Below the pieces are notes generated by a model. That model worked only from the letters and a program-made list of their open reading frames with translations. It had not been told where the DNA came from and made no database searches. The translations under genes were made by a program, and so were the position numbers. Positions 29,238-41,783 of a stretch of 64,000 bases of DNA are shown one piece after another; position 1 is the first letter of the stretch, and each line of letters starts with the position of its first letter. Source of the stretch: the human T2T-CHM13v2.0 reference genome, Homo sapiens; NCBI RefSeq assembly GCF_009914755.1, contig NC_060932.1; one strand, written 5' to 3'.

Positions 29238-29723
29238 TTGTGCTCATTGAACACCCCTCTTAAGGAGAAGGTGGGGGAGGACGACAAAGAGAAGAAAAGA
29301 AAATTAAGTCCAGCAAAAAGAGGAAAGAAAGTAAACCCAAGACCTAGTCTCCCAGCGACAGTCACTGTGGATAATCTTAGCATAGGCATGTCCAGATTTT
29401 TCTCTTTGCTTGTACAGATTTTCCCCCAAATATGTGAGTATGACTTTTTTTTTCACTTAAAAATGTAGATGGTGTCTTCCTTTCTGCCTTTATTTTCCTC
29501 TTTTCCTTCTTCTTTTTCTTCCTGAAAAACTGAGTCCAAGATCATTAAATCATTAAGTGGAACCAAGTGAGGGGGGCACCCTGTGGCTGAGTGTGAGGGT
29601 AGGGTAGGGAGGGCAGGCTGTGGCAGCCCAGCATGGGGTACATCAGAGACAGCAGGGGGAGGAGTAGAAGAGGAGTGGAGAGTGACATTGGCAGCCTCGT
29701 GCAAAGTGTCAGAATTCAAGTGG

Positions 29724-30040
29724 GGCCAGGCACGGTGGCTCATGTCTATAATTCCAGCACCCTGGGAGGCAGAAGTGGGAGAATTGCTTTAGCCCAGGAG
29801 TTCGAGATAAGCTTGGGCAATATAGTGAGACCTCTGCCTCTACAAAAAATTAAAAATTAAAAAAATTATCCAGGCGTGGTGGCACACACCCGTAGCCCCA
29901 ACCACTTCGGAGGGTGAAGTAGGAGGATCACTTGAGCCTGGAAGGCAGAGGTTGCAGTGAGCTGAGATCTGAGATGGTGCCACTGTACTACAGCCTGGGC
30001 AACAGGGTGAGACCCTGCCTCAAAAAAAAAAAGAAAGAAA
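29724..30040 (+). mobile_element. AluJ
   Basis: Diverged dimer. Confidence 0.9.
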
Positions 30041-30199
30041 CTAACTAAAAAATTAGAAAAATTAAAAAAATAATCCAACTGAGTGAGGAGGACACCACCA
30101 TGAGGGGCAGCCTGCTGCGTGGCGGCTCCCAAACAGGAATTTAAAGACTAAGCAGGATGAGAAGAGCATCTGTGAGGGGGTGGGCACTGGTGGTGATGG

Positions 30200-30814
30200 T
30201 GAGGCAGGAGAATAGGGTCTGGGGGCAGGGAACCTACGGCTGATTCACACTGACTTCCTATAACTAAACCAAAAGGAAAACCCTAACTTTCCATGCCCAA
30301 GTAACAAAAGGACCGGAGGCTACTCCGTTTGCAAACCACCCCTTTTCTCTGTGGCAGATGAAAATTTCAAAGTATCTCTGATTGGTCCCCTCCCACAACC
30401 AATCGGGCTGGTCACAGGCCAAACCTTCATTTGCAAAGAAGTATAACTTTGTAACTGTACTTCAGCCTCTGGTCGGTCACTTTCTGCAACCAATCGGACA
30501 TTTGCATAGCGTGTAACTTTGTGACTTCACTTCAGCCTCTGATTGGTCCCCCTACAACCAATCAGACTGATCAAGGGCCACTACTTCATTTACATTGGGT
30601 GTACACCACGTAACCAATGGAAAATCTCTAGAGGGTATTTAAACCCCAGAAAATTCTGTAACCAGGCTCTTAAGCCGCTTGCTCAGCCCACTTTTACCCT
30701 GCGGAGTGTAGTTTTGTTTTCAATAAATCTGTTTTTGTTGCTTCATTCTTTCCTTGCTTTGTTTGTGTGTTTTGTTAAAGACACCAAGAACCTGGACACC
30801 CTCCACCAGTAACA
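30200..30814 (+). mobile_element. MER51 ERV1 solo LTR
   Basis: TGAGGCAGGAGAATAGGGTCTGG...GTAACA; perfect 4-bp TSD ATGG; multiple CCAAT boxes; AATAAA at about 30722. Confidence 0.88.
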
Positions 30815-31458
30815 ATGGGAGCTAATCTACATACATATGGGGGATTCAACTAATAATATATTGAGAACCAGGTGGTTTCTCACTGTTAGAGAAGGAAGGT
30901 ATTAATATGGGAAAAAAGAAGACAGGTGTGAAAGTTGTGATTGTAGGTAGAAACTAGAGAGATCAGTGTGAATTCATGGATGTACATGTATATTACACAT
31001 TCTACACCAAGGAACCAGGGCTCCTTGAGAAATAGCTAATACTAGGGCTAGAGCAAGGAAAGGACATTATATTTGTTTATTGAGGCTACCGTAACAAATT
31101 ATCACAAGCTTCATGGTTTAAAATAACAGAAATGTTTTCTCTACAGTTCTACAGTCCAGAAGTCCAAAATCAGTGTGTCAGCAGGGCTGAGCTCCCTCTG
31201 GAGGCTCTAGGGGAGAATCCTTCCTTGTTTTTTCCAGGCTGGAGAACCCTAATGCAGATATCAATGTTAATTTCTTGATATTTATAGTTGTATGTTGATT
31301 AGGTAGGAGAATGACCTACACCTAACCACAGTACACAAGTATTCAGGGCCATCGGGACATCATGTTGGCAACTTCGTTTAAAATGGTTAAGGAAAAGAAA
31401 TCTTTACTGTTTTTGCAATGTTTTTATAAGTTTATTTCAAAATAAAGGTTTTTTTTTA

Positions 31459-31790
<332 letters not shown>

Positions 31791-32502
31791 GTCATTTAAA
31801 AGCATATTGTAAACACTTTTCACATCAGCAGTTACATTCATGTAACATCATTTCAAATGTTTTTACACACTTGTATAGATCATCACTTATTTAACCAAAT
31901 CTTCTATTGTTAGACATTTACATTGTTTCCAACTTTGCATTATTTCAAACAGCAGTTTATTGAACATTATTATAGTACCATAGCTGAGTATATTCTTAAT
32001 TATTTTCTTCACATAAATTTCTAGAAGTGCAAATGCGGCATCAAAAGGCATTCATTTGACACTCTGTATACACGTATTTCCAAACTACCTTTTGAAATGC
32101 TAAATTCCCTTGCCACCAACAAACTTAGACTCTGCTTTAAGTAGAATGACAGGCCACTGCTCACCCAGAATTCACAGCTCCTTAAATGCCCTAGCCAAGC
32201 ACTCAAATTGCCCAGACTCCAGTCCCAACTTCTCATTCCCACCTTAAATGCTTCTCCTGGTTAATATGGAGTCTCTGTGCCAACCCGATAATACTGCCCT
32301 TCAAAGTGTAAACCACATGTGTGAGCTGAGAATGGGCTTTTGAGTTAGACCAAAAGCTAGTATTTGATGCCCAGCTCAACTACTTATTAGCTCTTCTACT
32401 GTGGAGAAACTACTTACTGGTACAACATTTTAACCATATGATATGTTTTTATTAAATTTTAAGAGTAAAATCATTTTAAAATACGAAATTGCAAAGTCAC
32501 GT

Positions 32503-32915
32503 GTGTTAGTCCAGGTACTCTAAGAAGTAGATACAAACATGGTATTAAACATACAAGACTTGTATTAGAGAAAACACCTGTGGGAGAAAATAGGTGGGGA
32601 GCCAAGAAGGCCTAGAGATCCACCAGATCGACAGACTGACACAAGGAAAGAGGACGCAAGTGAAGGAAATAGGGGAGAAAAATTGAGTGGAAACATCCCA
32701 AACAGCCATGGCCATGCAATTTAAGGCAATCTCAGCAGAGCTTTTGAGAAGTCCTCAAGCTAAAGTCAGCTGGCTGAAGTCTGTCTCCTAGAAATGAGTC
32801 TGCCTCAGCATCTCAGCCACACCCTGTCATTGGCTTGGCGCAACCTCTGAGTAACACGGCCTGGTGCAAATGTTGCAGCGCACATCAGAGCACTGCAGCT
32901 CCGGCCCTTGCACAG
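32503..32915 (-). mobile_element. Ancient ERVL-class LTR (subfamily uncertain)
   Basis: tgtgttagtccaggtactctaagaagtagatacaaac... resembles an ERVL LTR end. Confidence 0.45.
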
Positions 32916-33149
32916 TTATGCTCCCTGAAGTTAGAGAGCTGCAAGTCACATGCTCACAGTGGCCATACCTCGTTTATTCTCTGTCTCTGCAGGTTTCCAG
33001 CTGGGGAGCAATGCAACATTTAACCCCATTTGGGGAATCAGCAGCCCAGACTCTGGAACAAATTCTGCCTCTCAGAAGAAGGAGATAATGGATTATATTT
33101 TTCTATTCACAAAGAGATTTGGAGGACTTATAGGAATAAATTGACAATT

Positions 33150-33800
33150 TTACCAAGGACCATAAGAGAAGACTAGAATAAATGAAGAAATATACTATTT
33201 CCCTGAATGGAAACATTCTAATGTTATGAAAATATTATTTCTCTCCAAATTATTTGCCATTCCAGTCAAAATAACCATGGGATTGATGAAATTTTTCAGC
33301 TATTCATCTTAAAGAATAAATGGGAAGGAATGGTTTTAAAATGTTAGAAAGGATTAATAAAAGAAAGGTTCTCACACTTAGCAGACATGGAAAATTATAA
33401 TGTTTGGTCGTTAAAACTGTGTGGAAGACAGACTGATGGAAATGATTCAAGAGGTTAAAGCAGACCTAACTACAAAGAGTGTTTAGTCTAGATTAAATGA
33501 GGCCTTTTAAATCAGTTCTGAGATAATCCAATAAATGGTTTTGGAAAAGGCTACTTGGAAAAATAAAATCAGATCCCTAAATCTCACCAAACACCAAAAT
33601 AAATTACAGATGGATTACATTTTTAATGTACAAAAAAAACCCAATAAAGTACTTAAAAATGTATGAGAGATTACTTATCTGAGTTTAGAGTGGAGAAAGC
33701 CTCTCTAAGCATACAAGCAGAAGCATAAACCCATAACATTAAAGATTGATAAATCTGACTACATTAAAATTTAAGACTTCTGCAAGTCCAAAAACACCAC
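33150..33800 (+). mobile_element. Old L1M ORF2 relic
   Basis: aataaatgaagaaatatactatttccctgaatggaaac...aaaataaattacagatggatt motifs. Confidence 0.6.
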
Positions 33801-34269
33801 AGAAGATTCTGGGAATGTGGCAGTGGCAGACGTGACATAGCTTTGGGTTCTTTCTGAATTGCCATGTAACAATAGACAGAGAAACTATTTAGCAATGGCA
33901 AAATCACGGATAACATTAACAATAAACCTGGGTGAGAGGGTATGCCCACAAACCCCAAAATTCAAGCAGATAAGGACAAACCACCAACAGCCACAATACC
34001 TGTATGGTATTGACATCTTTGCAGGAAGAAACAGAGAGAAGCCACCGGGCATCTGACAGGGTGAGAACAGCAACACCACAGAACAGCCAACAGAAATCCA
34101 CAGTAAAGAACAGCAGAACACCTTGACAGTGGACACTGGAAGACAGTTCCCATGAAAATACAAAATGATACAAAAAGAAACAAACAAAAAAAGGCATCTT
34201 TAAAAAATCGCTAACAGATCTAAAAGAGAAGCAGTAGAAGATGACTCTGGAATATCTTGTTATAGCAGT

Positions 34270-34631
34270 TGATATGGTTTGGCAGTGTCCCCACCCAAAT
34301 CTCATCTCGAATTGTAGCTCCTATAATCCCCACATGTTGTGGGAGGGAACTGGTGGGAGGTAATTGAATCATGGGGATTGTGTCCCCCATACTGTTCTCG
34401 TGGTGATGAATAAGTCTCACGAGACCTGATGGTTTTATAAGGGGAAACCTCTTTTGCTTGGTTCTCATTCTCTCTTGCCTGCCACCATGTAAGACGTGCC
34501 TTTCACCTTCTGCCATGATTGTGATGTCTTCCCAGCCTCATGGAACTGCAAGTCCATTAAGCCTCTTTTTCTTTATAAATTACCCAGTCTTAGGTATGTC
34601 TTTATTAGCAGCATGAAAATGGACTAATACG
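34270..34631 (+). mobile_element. THE1 MaLR solo LTR
   Basis: tgatatggtttggcagtgtccccacccaaatctcatc...gcagcatgaaaatggactaatac. Confidence 0.92.
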
Positions 34632-34818
34632 TCAGGTAAAAAGGAAGCTGTCAAAAACTACTAGAGTATTGACAGAATAACTCTGTGCAGCCAACTCAAA
34701 GAGGATTCTCCTGGCCAAAGATAAGACAATAGGCTCTCAAGAAGGTTAATCATTGCAACGATCTGAAACCCATCAAATAAATTTAAACCCGAGAGTTCAT
34801 AAGAATACTAACTAATTG

Positions 34819-35124
<306 letters not shown>

Positions 35125-35704
35125 CTAACTAATTAATATTTTTAAAACCGAAATTAATCACTTTCAGAGGTTGATAGGAAACCAGTTGTCTTGCAGATCT
35201 AATTAATAAAGGACACGAATCAAGCATGTAATTTTCCACTCCTGTATGAGCTGCATCCTATATGAATTATAGCACGAGAGTAACAAAAATTATATTTATG
35301 AGCATATTCTAGCCAACAAGTGAAAGAGAAGTGATAGAATTTGACGAGCAACATTTCATAATCCCCAGTGAATTATTAAATCTAGGCACAAAGCATTCGC
35401 AGCTGTTAACATCACCATCAGAGAGACCGTCAGACATCACGTGCCTCTTGATAAAACCATCTACAGTCTTGCCAAATACATCAAACCTAGTCTGACCCAG
35501 TCTCTGAATACAGCTGCCAATTTGCAGAAATTAGATGACACTTAAAATTTCACCATAAGTATGCATTTAATAAAACCCAAATCGTGAGAAGCTCTACAGA
35601 TCAAATAGTCTGGTTTCTTCAATAAATGCATTGTTAAGAAAACAAAGAAATGGGGTGGGAGACAGTATAGAATAAAAGAACCTTAAACAACATACTAATA
35701 TAAT

Positions 35705-36372
35705 GAGAGTTGGCAGAGAAATTAGAATCCTTGTAGATTGCTAGTGAGAATATAAAATAGTGCAGCTGCTGTTGAAAAAAAGTTTAGCAGTTCTTCCAAA
35801 AGTTAGCTGTAGAGTTCTCATATGATCCAGCAATTCTATTCCTAAGTATATATCCAAGAGAAATGAAAACACAAGTTCACACAAAAACTTGTACACAAAT
35901 GTTCATAGGAGCATTATTCATACTAGCCAAAGACTGGAAACAACACCAATGTCCAATAGTTGATGAATGGATAAACAGAGTATGGTATATACATGCCATG
36001 GAATATTATTTGGCCATAAAAAGGAATGAAGTACTAATACTTATTATAACATGGATAAGCCTTGAAAATTTTATGCTAAGTGAAAGAAGCCAGATACAAA
36101 AATCACATTTCATATGATTCCATTATATGAAATATCCAGAAAAAACACATCCTTAGGGACAGAAGGATTAATGGTTGTCAGTGCCAGGGTGAAACGGGAA
36201 TAGGAAGTGGCTGCTAATGGGTACAGAGTTTCTCTTGGGAGTGATGAAAATGTTCTGGAGTTAGATATTGATTGTGAGCGCACAACTGCGAGAATGTGCT
36301 AAGAAACACTGAATTGTATGCTTTAAAAGGGTGAATTTTATGGTGTGCAAATTATATTCCATTTTCAAAATA
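35705..36372 (+). mobile_element. L1MB 3' fragment
   Basis: ORF2 C-terminal relic (KTCTQMFIGALFILAKDWKQHQCP..EWINRVWYIHAMEYY) plus 3'UTR. Confidence 0.85.
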
Positions 36373-37419
36373 ACAAATAAAGGGGATATATTAATTTTTA
36401 ATGGATAATACTAAACCACAGTGTTTATGGATGCACGCTTGGGTGTTCAAACTATAAAAGAAGTTATTTTATACAAGTCAGGTAGTGGTTACTTGTTGGG
36501 GGAAGGAGGGAGATAAAGATGAGCATATAGGGGCTTTGTGGGAGACAAACTTCTCTTTCTCCACCTGGGAAGTAATTACAAAGATGTTTGCTTTAGAATA
36601 ATTCACTAAGCTATGTTTTCATTTTGTTTGGTCATCTATATCCATGTTTTACAACAAAAACATTATTTCTAAAACATCATAAGATTAAAAGGCACACTAT
36701 AAAAAGTCCATCTATGTTAGCAAATGATTAATATTCTTATTTAATAATCTTTAAAAAATTAATAAGAAAAAACTTAGCTCACTTTAAAAATGAGCGAAGA
36801 TATTTCATAGAAGACCTACATTGAGCAATAAACATATTTTTTAATGTTCAAACTTGCTTATTGTCAAGGAAATGCAAGTTCAAGTAAAAAATAAGAGTGT
36901 GATTGATGATATTGGAAAAGATAAAAATAAAATGGCAATACCTAATGTCGTTGAGCATGGAGAGAAGTAGCATTCTCCTACAATGCTGATAGGAATCTAG
37001 TTTGTCATAACTTGTTTGGAGAGTAATTTGGCAATATTTAATATTAAAGTTTTTTTCCAAAAAACCTTTCTAAAAATCTTTACTTAAATGACTTCACTTT
37101 TAAGAATTTAGTCCAAAGAAATTATCATGAAAGTTTGAAAAGGTGTATAAACAAAGATGTTCAGCGAACTATTATATAGTTTTAAAAAACTAGAAATAAC
37201 TAAATGTCATATATAATAAGGAGCTTGTTAAATTATCAACTCAAGGAAATAATATGCAGCCGTAAAAATGTAGAACACTTAATAATGTCGAAAACGTTAG
37301 TGAGATGGTTTTGAAAAGAGCAAATTTAAAAGCAATGTCTACTGCAATACTATCATTTCCTTTTAAACATCTCTACTATTCCATATAACACACATAAATA
37401 ACTGTGTGCAGAAAAAATG

Positions 37420-38260
37420 GGGATAGCTGATTTATCACAAAATGAATATCTGTTACCACCACCCAAGTCTAGAACTAAAATCTTTCAGGCATCCCCAAAA
37501 TGCCCTCCTTCTACTTCCCAATCTCTATACCCTCCCTTCTCTGCAAATGAACCACATTCCTGATAGGATTGTAATCATTTCCATTCTTCATAGTTTCATC
37601 ACTTGCATTTATATCAGTAAACGCTATAATTTAGTTTGGTTTGAGTTCAAACATTATGTAAATGGAATCATATAATATACGTTCTTTTGTTCTTGGGCTC
37701 TTTCACGCAACATTTTGGTTGTGAAGCTCATCCCTCTTGTTGTACCTAGTAATCGTTTTTCATTGCTGTATACACATTGGAATGGAAAAAGCCTTTCTAA
37801 TGGGTTACATGAATATACCACAATGTCTTCATTCACTCTGCTCTTGAAGGACATTTAGTTTCCAGTTGGGGAATATGCTACTACAAACATTCTTCTAGAT
37901 GTCTTTCATCACACAGGGAGCGTATAACTCTGTTGAGCGAATTAGGAGTAGAATAACCAGATGAAGTGATATGTAGATCTTCAGCTTTTATAGATTATAT
38001 CTAACAGATCGCCAAATTGCCTATAACCATTTGTCACTCTCATGAGCACAGTGAGAGTTTCCATTGTTCATATCCTTAATAATACTGGTTATTGTTACCC
38101 TTAATCATAGTATGGTTGTGTAGCAATATCTTGTTGAGATTTGAATGCGTATTTTCCTTATTTCTCATAGCTTTATTGGCCATTTAGATATACTCCTTTA
38201 TGAAGTGCCTATTCAAAACTCTTGCCCATTTTTTCTATCGGATTACTTGTCTTTTCCTTT
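37420..38260 (-). mobile_element. Old L1ME-type fragment
   Basis: atgtaaatggaatcatataatatacgttctttt...tttatgaagtgcctattcaaaactcttgcccattttt. Confidence 0.7.
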
Positions 38261-38537
38261 AAAAGTACAGAATATAAGTGGAGAAAAAGATTTTTAAAAC
38301 GGACTGCATGGATCCTCCCTAATGGCAATAATGACTATTTCTGAATGATGGAATTACGAGTGATTTTATTTTCTTCCTTGTGCTTTTCTGTACTTTTCTA
38401 ATTTCCTATAATGATTATGTATTATTTTCAGAAAGTTTAAGTGTTACACAATTATAAAGAATAAAAACAATTGGTTTTAGCAAAAGACACTGTCCAGGAA
38501 ATAAGTTTGAATACTGACTTGTTAAATGTATGGTATA

Positions 38538-38886
38538 TAGGTAGAGTATCATTTATCTGAAATGCTTGGGATCAGAATTGTTTCAAATTTAAGATTTTTT
38601 TTATTTTGGGATATTTGCATATACATACTGAGAGATCTCAGGAATAGGACCCAAGTGTAAACACAAAATTCACTTATGTTTCATATACACCTTATACACA
38701 TAGCCTAAAGGTAATCTTACATACTATTTTGAATAATTTTGTGCATTAAACAAGGTTTTGCCTGTGACCCATCACATGAGGTCAGGTGTAGAATTTTCCA
38801 CTCTGGTGTCATGTTGGTGCTCAAAGAAGTTTTGCATTTTGGAACATTTTGGATTTCAGATTTTTTGATTAGGGATGCTCAATCTG
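38538..38886. mobile_element. Tigger4b/MER46-type TcMar element
   Basis: aggtagagtatcatttatctgaaatgcttggga...gattagggatgctcaatctg TIRs with TA flanks. Confidence 0.8.
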
Positions 38887-40581
38887 TATTTGGATGATTT
38901 ACGGTGGTGATTCTCAAACTATTACAAGGTGTTCCACAGCTAAAATTTAATAATAGTGTCCTTTTCCAATTTTCAATGGTTTAATTTATTTTGTTTAATG
39001 CCTTAGTACCAAACTTAAAATACCAAATTATTGACTTATATACATGTCAGTGAATTATTTACATGTCCAATAGGATCAAGAAGAAACAAAAGAGAGAACT
39101 TTGAGCCATAATTAGGAACTCATTCTCTATATCAAGAATGTCTTCCTTCACTCTCATCAGAACTCATACTAATGTAGCAGCTTCTTAAATAAAAGTATTT
39201 GTTCTGATAAATCACAAGTTTCAAGGTGTTAGATTTCCTGTATCCAAAATAAGTAATTATCAAACATTAATCAAATAGCTGTACCCAATAGTGTATAGCA
39301 TAAAAAATTAAAACAATGATTGCTCTCAAAGAAATGCCATCTAATAGGAGAAATAAATCAAGCTAATGGAAATAACAAAAATATGATAGTGTATAAATAA
39401 TGCAGGGAGTCAAAGAAAACATATTTAAAAGTAAGATGAAGCCATAAAATAAGGCCTAATACAAGAGGAACATTAAACTTTCAGAAAGTAATTTTTCTTC
39501 ATTATTGGGACTCTGCTTGATCACTCTGTCACAAGAGATGCTACTCTACAACAATTAAGATTTTTAATCTAAATTAAATTTAAATTAAATTTAAACTTAA
39601 ATTTAATCTAAATTAAATTAAAACTTAAATTTTTAAATTATCTTCTTATTTTTAAGATAATGGCAAGTTGATGGTTTTACAATAGTCTCAAAAGCTTTAG
39701 TTCCCCAGGATCCCAATCCTTTCTCTACTAGATTTTATGGTATATGTATGTCTTATTTATACACAGAAACATGCCTTCTTTTGTCCTTGCCTAACCTGGA
39801 ATATCACTTGAAGAAGGCCTTAAAATGTTATTAAAAATTAATTTCCAACTATGACTTTCAACACTTCTAAATTCCACACAGCAACTTAGAGTCAGTTTTC
39901 ATAAATGTTAAATTAGAATTTCAACACATAATTTAAAAGGAACTGTACAAGAATGTAAGTTTAAATAAGCTTGGAATGTCAGGGGAGGTGGCAGAGCAGG
40001 AAGCACCAGGGATCTGTCTCTTGAGAGAGACAGTGATTGTACTGGCAGAATCTGTCTGATAAAACTATTTGGGAATTCTATACTCCACTCAAAGGCTTGC
40101 AGTTTCCAGGGGAAGGTGTGGTTAATTTTGATCAATTTCAGCCTAGTGCAGCAGCAACTATGCATCGTCCCACCCCCAGCTCTGTGGCAGGCAGCTGTGT
40201 TAGGGTACCTAGAGTGGCTTTTAGGATATGGAGTGGGCAATAAGGACTTTGTTCTCCAAATGTTGGGGATCTGTGTTGTAATCATGACTGGTGCTTCTGG
40301 TTACAGAGAAGCAGACACAGAGGCAGGCAGCCACTGTTGCAACTCCCACTGCCATTGTTTAATACCACTCCAGCCAAAGTGGCTACCAGCGGATTTAAAG
40401 AGATGTTAAAAGACAAAAACTACAGAGTTAAAGATCCAATTGGCTTATACTTGTGACTCTAGAATCAGGAAGCATTTCATTCTACAAAATAGAATAAATG
40501 CTCTGGTGAGCTGAGCAGAGAGACTTGGCTTTATAAGGAGAAAAGGGCTGAAAGCAAAAACAAGGAATAACAAGCAGACTG

Positions 40582-40889
40582 GGCCAGGCATGGTGACTCA
40601 TGCCTGTCCTCCCAGCACTCTGGGAGTCCGACACAGGTGGACCATTTGAGGCCAGGAGTTTGAGACCAGCCTGACCAATGTAGCGTAACCCCATCTCTAC
40701 TAAAAATACAAAAATGCACACACCTGTCATCCTAGTTACTTGGGAGGCTAAGGCACAAGAATCACTTGAACCCAGGACGTGGAGGTTGCAGTAAACCAAA
40801 ACCACACCACTGCACTATAGCCTGGGTGACAGGGTGAGACTCTGTCTCAAACAAAAACAAAAACAAAAAACAAACAAACGAACAAAAAA
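40582..40889 (+). mobile_element. Alu with internal deletion and CAAA tail
   Basis: Alu motifs; TSD aagca(g/t)actgg. Confidence 0.9.
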
Positions 40890-40904
40890 GCATACTGGTT
40901 ACTT

Positions 40905-41783
40905 TGATAGAGGCAGAAAGCAGAGAAACTCTAGGAAAACAAGGGCAGGTCCCCAGTGAAACTCCACCTTCAAGACGAAAAGCCTGAAACCTGTGGCGCA
41001 AAGTGAGAACTTCTGTACCCATTTGCCTGCTCTCTCCTGATTCGTTCTTTCTAAATAGTGTCTTTTTACCAACTGAATGTTGCCTTTTACAGAACTACAT
41101 ATGGCCCACCCTGCCCCCCATCCTGTGGCTATAAAGACCCCAGATTCAGTCAGTAAGGAGAAAAAATGGCTGGATGTCAGGGAGAGGTGACTTGACTTCA
41201 GAGAAGCAGCTGGACATCGAAGAGTCAACTTGACTTCTGAGGAGAGAAGTAGAAAGTCAACTTGACTTCAGGGGAGAGTGACCTGCCCTTCCCATCTGCT
41301 TTCCAGCTCCCTTCTCTACTGAGAGCCACTTTCATTGCTCAGTAAAAATCTTCGCATTCACCAGCCTTCAGTTGTCCACGTGACCTCACTTTTCTTGGGT
41401 ACTGGACAAGAGTTCGGGACCCACCAAGTGCAGTACCCAAAAAGGCTCACACTAGCCCTTTGCTCTCACTGGTGGAGGGCCGCCACCCCATGCAATGAGG
41501 CAAAGGGACCACTGAGCTGATAGCACTCTGCTGTCCTCAGATGGTGAAGCTAAGAGAGCACTGTAACATACCCTCTGGGGTTTTGGGGTCACAGGCACCC
41601 CCATCTGGATGCTGCTGCAGGCCTGCCTGGAGTTTGCTCCTGCCAGCGCCAAAGCAGCCAGCCAGTTCCTACACTCATTCGCTCATGTGCTCCCTCCCAC
41701 AAGGAGTTGAGTGTGGAAGCCTGAGTAAATGGGGCACCCCTGTTGCAAGTCCTGCAAAGGGGTCAAGGAAAAATCCTGCATCA
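40905..41783 (+). mobile_element. MER50 ERV1 solo LTR
   Basis: TGATAGAGGCAG...gcaggtccccagtgaaactccaccttcaag...aaatcctgcatCA; TSD actt/attt. Confidence 0.8.

Noticed and set aside
33764-34305. Cluster of Cys/Phe-rich minus-strand ORFs
   Set aside because: They are the antisense of A/C-rich, probably L1-derived sequence and the THE1 edge
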